A stretch of DNA of 7,262 nucleotides from a virus, in IMG/VR virus record IMGVR_UViG_3300009076_000004, positions 1 to 7,262 of that record. The stretch is one strand, 5' to 3'. Positions within the stretch are counted from its first letter, which is position 1, and every line of letters starts with the position of its first letter. Of the stretch, positions 1 to 5,400 are shown piece after piece. The notes below the pieces were generated by a model. That model ran no database searches. It worked only from the letters and a program-made list of their open reading frames with translations, and was not told where the DNA came from. A program made the position numbers and the translations under genes.

Positions 1-123
1 GCGTCGAAATGAAAACGCCAGCTCAACGCCAGGCCGAACGCCGTGCCCGCATCAAGGCCACCGACATGGCCGAGGTTCGCGGGATCTTTGCGCCACCCGA
101 GCAGCACGCCGCTATTCGCGCCC
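1..123. repeat. Left copy of the exact 123-bp terminal direct repeat (circular overlap or tandem-copy junction)
   Basis: gcgtcgaaatgaaaacgcc...gctattcgcgccc is identical base for base to 7140-7262. It holds the last 12 nt of the 32-aa ORF and the 5' part of the 57-aa ORF. Confidence 0.97.
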
Positions 124-182
124 AGGTGTTTCGCATGCAGGTTCTCGCCGCCAGGAACCCGCTCGACAAAACCTTTTCCTGA
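9..182 (+). CDS. 57-aa arginine-rich small protein, possible DNA-binding regulator (third gene of the post-zot cassette)
   Basis: ATG at 9, TGA at 180-182. Translation: MKTPAQRQAERRARIKATDMAEVRGIFAPPEQHAAIRAQVFRMQVLAARNPLDKTFS. In the second copy (7148) the ATG overlaps the upstream ORF stop as ATGA and follows AAGGG by 7 nt. It is under 60 aa, so absent from the ORF track. The competing frame 43-258 is Pro/Arg-rich junk with a GTG start. Confidence 0.6.
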   Translation: MKTPAQRQAERRARIKATDMAEVRGIFAPPEQHAAIRAQVFRMQVLAARNPLDKTFS

Positions 183-190
183 TCCGCCAA

Positions 191-294
191 GGGTCCAGGC
201 TTTCCTTCCTGGGGACAACACGGGGACCCGCCGCAACCCCCTTGTGGGGTGCCCGTAGGGCGGTGGGGCAGGGGTATGGGGCAGCAGGCCCCAT
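191..294 (+). other. G-run-rich, hairpin-dense non-coding block between convergent genes; candidate packaging signal, minus-strand origin or bidirectional terminator
   Basis: There are seven G3-4 runs (211-214, 222-225, 246-249, 258-260, 265-268, 271-274, 278-281). Stems seen: GGGTCC 191-196 with GGACCC 224-229; CCAGG 195-199 with CCTGG 208-212; bulged gcaacccc/ggggtgc at 233-252; ATGGGGC 276-282 with GCCCCAT 288-294 (5-nt loop). No convincing ORF. Confidence 0.5.
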
Positions 295-446
295 GTCAAC
301 CTATGACCGCCACTGGCCCCCACTTCAACGCCACATTCGGCACCCTCGCGCTGTGCTAGTCTCCAGTTTCGGTCACGTTACCACGTGTGAGAACAAGGTA
401 TTACTTTTGAGTGTTACCGCGGTTGTCATGTACTAATCCCAACTAG

Positions 447-881
447 TTACACGGGCAGGGTTGCTGTAATGCCTTTTGGTGGAAATAACTTTACACTTCT
501 ATACATCGTGGAACATGAAACCAGCCACTCCCATAGGGAGAACCCGGTTGACAGGCTAAAAAGTTGGGCCGCGTTTGCTCCACTTGAAACGACGGTGGCG
601 ATTGTCACTAGCGAAGCTTTTCCCAGCACCTCTAACAGGCGTTCACCTTTGGCCGTCCCTTCGTGTTTTGCGCACGTGGCACGAGCTAGCCACGCCGCCG
701 CGTCTAGGCCCGCGATCCCTGCAATTAGCGCCTGATCCTCGGGCGTGGCGGTGCGCTTTCCATGCCGCCACGCGCTCACGTGGCCCCGAGGTACCCCCAG
801 CATTTTTGCAAGCTGGTAATCGCTTCCGGCTATCGCCTTGGCTGCGTCGATCAATTCATTAAGGGTTTCTACGTGTTTCAT
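447..881 (-). CDS. HTH DNA-binding regulator (Cro/CI or YdaS-like), putative phage repressor in the rstR position, with a hydrophobic C-terminal region
   Basis: 144 aa. The N-terminus ...GSDYQLAKMLGVPRGHVSAWRHGKRTATPEDQALIAGIAG... is a classic helix-turn-helix. It is the only minus-strand gene and is divergent from rep. The C-terminal ASLVTIATVVSSGANAAQLFSLSTGFSLWEWLV is hydrophobic. Confidence 0.75.
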   Translation of the reverse strand: MKHVETLNELIDAAKAIAGSDYQLAKMLGVPRGHVSAWRHGKRTATPEDQALIAGIAGLDAAAWLARATCAKHEGTAKGERLLEVLGKASLVTIATVVSSGANAAQLFSLSTGFSLWEWLVSCSTMYRSVKLFPPKGITATLPV

Positions 882-1222
882 GCGTGTCCAAATCTGGTAA
901 AGTCCAAACCGTCACCAAAAGTGGTGATTAGTACTTGTAAGTATCCCAAAATGAATGTACGCCCTAGTCCAAGCAGTCACAACAGAAACCGTGCGTTTCT
1001 GGTAGGGGATTCCACCCCTTCCGCCAACAGTGTTGTAAGGCTTCACAACGCGTCCAACCACACCAGTTGGCTGCATATCTCTTTGTTCATCGAGAACATG
1101 CCAAAGCGCCAGGCGCAGCCTCTGGAGGGCGCAAGCCCGAGGGGCCCCGCTTGCGGGGATACGGGCGCGGCGCAAGCCACCCCCGTTGGTAATCACGGGG
1201 AGATCAATCCGGAGACTGCACA
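882..1222. promoter_or_regulatory. Divergent control region between repressor and rep; candidate operators (912-943) and candidate plus-strand origin (1106-1200)
   Basis: A 341-bp gap separates the divergent genes. The lower-GC left half holds the palindromes TCACCA-aaag-TGGTGA (912-927) and TACTT-gt-AAGTA (932-943). The GC-rich right half holds GCGCC-a-GGCGC (1106-1116) and GGCGCA(A)GCC at 1112, 1128 and 1169. It also holds hairpins at 1145-1158 and 1181-1200. I could not place specific -35/-10 boxes with confidence. Confidence 0.4.
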
Positions 1223-2428
1223 GTGACCCGAGCGAGGAAGTCCGATCTCGTGATTGATGGTCACGAAGTGGCCTTGCGTTTGAAGGCTGAACGCCTCTAT
1301 ACCCGGTCGGTCGTTCATGTGGATTGGGTGCGCTTCACCTGCCGCTTGAAAAACGCTCCTTTGCCCACGGCTGACGACCTTTTTCCGCTGCCAGGTCACA
1401 CCTGGTCAAGCTCCATGCTGGAACGCATCGCCAAGACGCTGCGCGAGTTGCCAGATCCTGATTTCGCCGTGAGTGTCCAGGCAAAGACGCTGGCCGATCA
1501 GGCATGCGAAGCCCTCGGTCCCGACTTCCACGTTTTCCCCGAGATCCGCAAGGGTCACGACTTTTACCGCTTCCGCTGGTCCATCGTTCGCAACGATGTT
1601 GAGTGCGGTTGGGTCGGCTTCCTCGCCAGCGGGGAAAGTCCTCGCCAGCAGGCCCAGGCCGAAACTATGCATTGCAACATCTACGGCACCGGCTGCACCT
1701 TCGCAAAGCCCGGTTTTAACCACCGCCTGGCCGAGCTGGTTCGGTCAACGTCTGCCGTCTTAACGCGTGTGGATCTCGCCCTTGATTTCTTCGATGGCCT
1801 GTCTGGTGGCATGGAACGCGTGCGCGAGGACTACATGAACGGCCTCATGGACAACCGGGGGCGTCGTCCTTCGTGCAACCAGGTGGGCGACTGGTGCAAC
1901 GGTCGTGCCCGCTCGTTCTACACCGGCAGCAAGGAAGCCGGAAAGCAGACCAACGTCTATGAAAAGGGTCACCAGTTGTTCGGCCCTCTCGACCCCTCCA
2001 AGTGGATGCGTGCCGAGGTCCGTTGGGGCAACAAGTTGCGCGTTCTCGATGCCAACGTGTTGAACTTTCCAACCGACTTTTTTGCAGGCGCAAGCGATTG
2101 GCACGCCTCACTCGTTCGTGAGGCTGATGCCCTTTGCAAGCCCGAAAAGATCAAGACCACGCCACGCCTGGCCGCGGAAACCATCCTGGCCGAGGTGTCA
2201 CGAAACATCCGCTGGATTCGCAACACTGCCGCGCCTTCGCTGGCTCTTGCGTTTCAGTACCTGGGCACTGATTCATTCATGGAATTGGTGGAGCACCAGA
2301 AGCTGCCGGGCCGCTTGCAAAAGTTCATTCCACGCGAAGTCGCAAGCGCCTACACCAACGCCTTCAAACGCCTTTCAGGCTCCGGGACTGGCCGTCTCGG
2401 ACTACAGCCTTACTCGGCCGCAACGTAA
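1223..2428 (+). CDS. Rolling-circle replication initiation protein, Rep_trans family (RstA / gene II functional equivalent)
   Basis: 401 aa. Motifs read by eye: VHVDWVRFTC near the N-terminus, TRVDLALDFFDG, and NVYEKG as a candidate catalytic Tyr, as in Rep_trans/RstA-type initiators. It is the first gene of the + strand operon. The start is GTG 1223, with GGAG at 1211-1214. GTG 1250 is an alternative, and the first in-frame ATG is about 64 codons in. Confidence 0.8.
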   Translation: MTRARKSDLVIDGHEVALRLKAERLYTRSVVHVDWVRFTCRLKNAPLPTADDLFPLPGHTWSSSMLERIAKTLRELPDPDFAVSVQAKTLADQACEALGPDFHVFPEIRKGHDFYRFRWSIVRNDVECGWVGFLASGESPRQQAQAETMHCNIYGTGCTFAKPGFNHRLAELVRSTSAVLTRVDLALDFFDGLSGGMERVREDYMNGLMDNRGRRPSCNQVGDWCNGRARSFYTGSKEAGKQTNVYEKGHQLFGPLDPSKWMRAEVRWGNKLRVLDANVLNFPTDFFAGASDWHASLVREADALCKPEKIKTTPRLAAETILAEVSRNIRWIRNTAAPSLALAFQYLGTDSFMELVEHQKLPGRLQKFIPREVASAYTNAFKRLSGSGTGRLGLQPYSAAT

Positions 2429-2443
2429 CAGGAAACCAAGATC

Positions 2444-2764
2444 ATGCGCATGAAAAACCAGGCCGTTCTGCACGGCATCAAATCCAGCAAGGGCGACTTT
2501 GAAGGCCGGGGTTATGACTCCACCACCTTCCACCTGGCGGTGGATATGGGCGAGTCCAGCAACGGCGAAAGCATCGGCACTGTCACCCGTCCATTCAAGT
2601 TCGGCAAGTCCGATGAGTTCCAGAAATGGGCGCACCTGAAATCGTCCTGGCCCCTCGGTGGCATCACGTGCGATTGCGAATTTGATGTTGTGGCCGGTTC
2701 GGACAACAGCACGAAGTTGACCCTCCTGGCCATCCAGCCTACCGCTGCCCGCAAGGCCGCTTGA
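2444..2764 (+). CDS. Putative ssDNA-binding protein (gene V / RstB position)
   Basis: 106 aa, immediately downstream of rep. AGGA lies 9 nt before the ATG. The size and position match inovirus ssDNA-binding proteins. I recognised no diagnostic motif. Confidence 0.5.
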   Translation: MRMKNQAVLHGIKSSKGDFEGRGYDSTTFHLAVDMGESSNGESIGTVTRPFKFGKSDEFQKWAHLKSSWPLGGITCDCEFDVVAGSDNSTKLTLLAIQPTAARKAA

Positions 2765-2970
2765 TGCGCTACGTGATCCAGTCCGGCACCACCGGCCAAT
2801 TCCTGGCCCCGTCTTTCGAAGACGGTCAGCCGGAGTGGGTCATGTTGCTCCAGCAGGCCGGAGTCGTTGAAGACCTGGAGTCCTGCGCCCAACTCATCGA
2901 AGACCACACCGAGGTCTTCCACCGTCCCCAGGTCGTTGACCTGGACCAACTCCACCGGGAAACAGCATGA
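2764..2970 (+). CDS. Hypothetical small acidic protein (68 aa from ATG 2764)
   Basis: ATG 2764 shares its A with the upstream TGA (2762-2764), and AAGG lies 7 nt upstream. Translation: MRYVIQSGTTGQFLAPSFEDGQPEWVMLLQQAGVVEDLESCAQLIEDHTEVFHRPQVVDLDQLHRETA. It has no hydrophobic segment. The ORF track starts it at TTG 2761. Confidence 0.55.
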   Translation: MRYVIQSGTTGQFLAPSFEDGQPEWVMLLQQAGVVEDLESCAQLIEDHTEVFHRPQVVDLDQLHRETA

Positions 2971-3101
2971 CTGAAGACGATAGCCCGAAGATGTTTTGTG
3001 GCTCCTGCGGTTCCATCTTTGGAATGCTGGATCTCGAAGACTTCGACGATGTTCGCTGCCCTGAATGCAACTCGCAAGACGTTGCTGATATGGCCGAGTG
3101 A
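2967..3101 (+). CDS. 44-aa zinc-ribbon-like mini-protein (CxxC-N22-CxxC)
   Basis: ATG 2967 overlaps the upstream stop as ATGA, and TGA 3099-3101 overlaps the next ATG (TGATG). Translation: MTEDDSPKMFCGSCGSIFGMLDLEDFDDVRCPECNSQDVADMAE. It has two CxxC knuckles. GGGA lies 6 nt upstream. It is too short for the ORF track. Confidence 0.6.
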   Translation: MTEDDSPKMFCGSCGSIFGMLDLEDFDDVRCPECNSQDVADMAE

Positions 3102-3313
3102 TGAACCTTGTTACCTGCCTCACGGTGACCGTTCCTTGCCCTCCTGGTGATCAGTCCGTGTTGTCGCTCAGCGATGCACTCGACCCCGTATCGCTTGGCG
3201 TCACGCCCGAGCTTGTGGCCGCAGTGTTCGGCTGGGGTTTCGGCTCTGTGCTTGGCCTGTATTTCATCGGCTACGGCCTGGCCTGCGCCCTGCTCATGGT
3301 CCGAAAAATCTGA
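3101..3313 (+). CDS. Small membrane protein, coat-like (possible minor coat or morphogenesis protein)
   Basis: 70 aa from ATG 3101 (the track starts at GTG 3098). The C-terminal hydrophobic helix VAAVFGWGFGSVLGLYFIGYGLACALLMV is followed by a basic RKI end. It sits in the structural module upstream of the major coat gene. Confidence 0.55.
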   Translation: MNLVTCLTVTVPCPPGDQSVLSLSDALDPVSLGVTPELVAAVFGWGFGSVLGLYFIGYGLACALLMVRKI

Positions 3314-3352
3314 GGGGTATTCCCTCGACCGCTGCCAGGTCGGTTTACCTGG
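3312..3352 (+). promoter_or_regulatory. Structured leader upstream of the major coat gene: three stem-loops, two mutually exclusive
   Basis: GAGGG 3312-3316 pairs with CCCTC 3322-3326. CGACC 3326-3330 pairs with GGTCG 3338-3342. CCAGGT 3335-3340 pairs with ACCTGG 3347-3352. The last two share 3338-3342. The element lies in the only sizeable intergenic gap (59 nt) inside the structural operon. Confidence 0.4.
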
Positions 3353-3372
3353 TGAAAATGTGAAAGTTTGAA

Positions 3373-3588
3373 ATGAACAAAATCCGCAACTTTGGTGCTG
3401 CAACCCTCGCAACCCTCGCCGCTGCCGCAGCTCACGCCCAGGCCGTCAGCCCTCTGGAAACCATGCTTGACGAGGTGGACTTGACCGGCCTGTCGGTCAA
3501 GATCATCGCCGTTGGCCTGCTCGTGGTCGGCATTGCCCTGGCTTTCAAAGGCCCGGATCTGGCAAAGCGCGTGATCCGCAAGGTCTGA
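3373..3588 (+). CDS. Major coat protein (gene VIII equivalent) precursor
   Basis: 71 aa. The signal peptide MNKIRNFGAATLATLAAAAAHA ends in an AxA cleavage motif. The roughly 49-aa mature part has an acidic N-terminus (E, D, E, D), a hydrophobic core (VKIIAVGLLVVGIALAF) and a basic C-terminus (KRVIRKV). This is the canonical inovirus coat architecture. Confidence 0.9.
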   Translation: MNKIRNFGAATLATLAAAAAHAQAVSPLETMLDEVDLTGLSVKIIAVGLLVVGIALAFKGPDLAKRVIRKV

Positions 3589-3591
3589 GCC

Positions 3592-3696
3592 ATGTTGGTC
3601 GGTGCACTCATGGTTCTTTTCTGGATCCTCGTGGCCCTGCTTGGTGCCATGGGTGCACTCGTCTTTGTCATCGCCATCGGAAGGGCCAACACATGA
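3592..3696 (+). CDS. 34-aa hydrophobic peptide, possible minor coat protein (pVII/pIX-like)
   Basis: ATG 3592 lies 3 nt after the coat gene stop, and its TGA (3694-3696) overlaps the pIII-like ATG as ATGA. Translation: MLVGALMVLFWILVALLGAMGALVFVIAIGRANT, a single transmembrane helix. It is not in the ORF track. Confidence 0.55.
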   Translation: MLVGALMVLFWILVALLGAMGALVFVIAIGRANT

Positions 3697-5066
3697 GCCA
3701 CAATCGTTTTCTGGCTCTCGCGCTGGTCCTGCCCTTCGGCTTCGCGTTTGCGCAGTCTGTGGCCCCGTCCACGCCAGGCCCAACGGCTTTCCCAGTGTCC
3801 ACGGTGCGAAACATCAGCACCATTGGCCCAACGACGGTCAGTCCTGCCAATGTCGGTCGTTATGCCTTCGCTAATGCGATCGGTGGCAACGTGGTTGCCG
3901 ACGCTGCAACCGGACTCCCTCTTCCTGACGGTCGGACCTCGCCCGTCAATGTCACCTCCACCATTCCAAAAGCCTCCGTAGCGTCTGCCCTCGGTCGATT
4001 TGCGCGCAAGGCGTTGCCGATTCTTTCTACCGGCATTGCCCTTTACGACCTTGCCGAGGAGCTTGGCTATAAGGCGTCCACCACCGGTGGACCTGTTGTG
4101 TTTGAGAAGCAGGACATGAGCGTAGAGCCTTCTTCCGGCACTTACTATCGCGCGGCAAACGGTCCCTATGTCGGCAGTGCCTGGACGGCTCCCCAGGCTT
4201 GCAAAATCGCTATTGCCTCCGGCGGCGGTGTGTATACCGGCTACCTGCCAGCAGAGTCGCGCTGCACCGGCACCAAGGGTGGTTTTCCGTTCGGTGCCAA
4301 CGTCGGCCCTCATCCATCGGGCAATCCATACCCTTGTCCTGTTGGTCAGTTTTCCAACGGAACCTCTTGCTCCACCACTCGTCCCGTGGTGCCCTCCACG
4401 CCCGCACAGTTCGAAGCAGACATAGCCGCTAAAAGCGACTGGCAACCCTCTTCCGCTCTCGCACGAAGTCTCGTCGATGCCATCAAGGCCGGCGAGCTGG
4501 TGCAGGCTCAACCGCAGACCGTCACTGGCCCCGCTTCGACACCTGGTGCTTCCAGCACGACAACCGATGCGGTCAACGGCACCACGACCACCACGACCAA
4601 CACCTTCAACCACGTTTATGACGGTGCCAAGGTCACCACCACGCTGACCACCACCAACCTCACTATCAACACCAGCACCGGTGCTGTCGTCAGCAACACC
4701 ACCACCACGGCCAGCCCGGTGATGCCCGAGGCCGACCCCGACGATGAAGACGGAACACCAACCGATACCGCGCTGCCTGGTCAGCCGGATCTGTACGACC
4801 CCGAATATCCCGAGGGTTTGAAAGGTGTCTGGAACGCCAAGAAGGCTCAACTCCAGGACGTTCCCTTGCTTAACCTCCTGGGAGATCTCATGCCCACTGT
4901 CTCAGGCTCTGGCACGTGTCCGTCTTGGCCGTTGGACCTGGATCTCTATATCGTGGATTACGGCGTGCACCTGGTACAGGTTCCCTGCTGGATATGGGAT
5001 TTCGGCAAAGTCGTGATTATTTGCTCAGCATTGTTGCTGTCCCGTCGTCTAATTTTCGGGGGTTGA
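3693..5066 (+). CDS. Minor coat / host adsorption protein (gene III equivalent)
   Basis: 457 aa. It has a signal peptide MSHNRFLALALVLPFGFAFA-QS, Cys-containing N-terminal domains and a Thr-rich linker (nt 4548-4718). It also has an acidic stretch and a C-terminal hydrophobic anchor (VVIICSALLLSRRLIFGG). It is the largest structural gene, directly after the coat gene and before pVI/pI. GGAAGGG lies 7 nt upstream. Confidence 0.8.
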   Translation: MSHNRFLALALVLPFGFAFAQSVAPSTPGPTAFPVSTVRNISTIGPTTVSPANVGRYAFANAIGGNVVADAATGLPLPDGRTSPVNVTSTIPKASVASALGRFARKALPILSTGIALYDLAEELGYKASTTGGPVVFEKQDMSVEPSSGTYYRAANGPYVGSAWTAPQACKIAIASGGGVYTGYLPAESRCTGTKGGFPFGANVGPHPSGNPYPCPVGQFSNGTSCSTTRPVVPSTPAQFEADIAAKSDWQPSSALARSLVDAIKAGELVQAQPQTVTGPASTPGASSTTTDAVNGTTTTTTNTFNHVYDGAKVTTTLTTTNLTINTSTGAVVSNTTTTASPVMPEADPDDEDGTPTDTALPGQPDLYDPEYPEGLKGVWNAKKAQLQDVPLLNLLGDLMPTVSGSGTCPSWPLDLDLYIVDYGVHLVQVPCWIWDFGKVVIICSALLLSRRLIFGG

Positions 5067-5067
5067 A

Positions 5068-5400
5068 ATGGTCGCTGGTTTCACTCTGCTCTTAAAGAAG
5101 CTTGCCGACATTCTGAAATGGATTTCGGATCTGTTCATTGCTGTATTCGTCGCGCTTTTCGACCTGGTTAAAGATGGGTTCTCCTGGCTGTTTGAACAGA
5201 TGCTGGAGATCGTTATCGATGCCCTGGAAGGAATCGACGTATCCGGTATTTCTGCCGCTGGCGGTTGGGGCGATCTGCCCGCCGAGGTGTTGAACATCCT
5301 CGCGCTGTTGGGTGTCGCCCAGGCGGTGTCAATCATCATTGCATCCATCGGCATTCGCCTTGTGCTGCAAATCATTCCATTCGTTAGGCTCGGGTCATGA
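5068..5400 (+). CDS. Minor coat protein, gene VI equivalent
   Basis: 110 aa with several hydrophobic segments (ISDLFIAVFVALF, LNILALLGVAQAVSIIIASIGIRLVLQII). It lies between the pIII-like and Zot-like genes. Its stop overlaps the zot ATG as ATGA. Confidence 0.65.
   Translation: MVAGFTLLLKKLADILKWISDLFIAVFVALFDLVKDGFSWLFEQMLEIVIDALEGIDVSGISAAGGWGDLPAEVLNILALLGVAQAVSIIIASIGIRLVLQIIPFVRLGS

Noticed and set aside
43-258. 71-aa + strand ORF, and 60-aa minus-strand ORF 112-294, overlapping the 57-aa gene
   Set aside because: The 71-aa ORF has a GTG start and Pro/Arg-rich sequence. The alternative frame (9-182) has an ATG, a Shine-Dalgarno sequence and an ATGA overlap with the upstream gene.
242-436. 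64-aa + strand ORF (TTG start; internal ATG at 293) in the 183-446 intergenic region
   Set aside because: The start lies inside GC hairpins with no Shine-Dalgarno sequence. The composition is rich in His, Arg, Trp and Pro and looks non-coding. The region is better explained as structured DNA.
951-1226. Possible 91-aa + strand ORF (ATG 951, inside track ORF 762-1226) filling the repressor-rep gap; its TGA overlaps the rep GTG as GTGA
   Set aside because: The protein is Ser/Pro/Asn/Gly-rich with no structure-like pattern. The region is packed with palindromes, repeats and hairpins, as expected of a control or origin region. The opposite strand is equally open (912-1196). The GTGA overlap keeps a small doubt alive, and conservation analysis would settle it.
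2423-2452. ATGCGCAT palindrome with upstream TAACA, resembling dif arms
   Set aside because: The arms match about 7-8 of 11 each but need an 8-nt central region. The site coincides with the rep stop, the ssDNA-binding gene Shine-Dalgarno sequence and its start codon, so it is probably coincidental.
2512-3783. Minus-strand ORFs 2512-3123, 2826-3077, 2894-3412 and 3271-3783
   Set aside because: They overlap each other and the coupled + strand chain, and their composition is Arg/Gly/Ser-rich. Each has no plausible start context that I could see.
3432-4850. 472-aa minus-strand ORF antisense to the coat and pIII-like genes
   Set aside because: The product is Gly/Arg-rich and low in complexity, with no recognisable motif. 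It lies entirely opposite well-supported + strand genes, as a typical antisense shadow ORF in GC-rich DNA.
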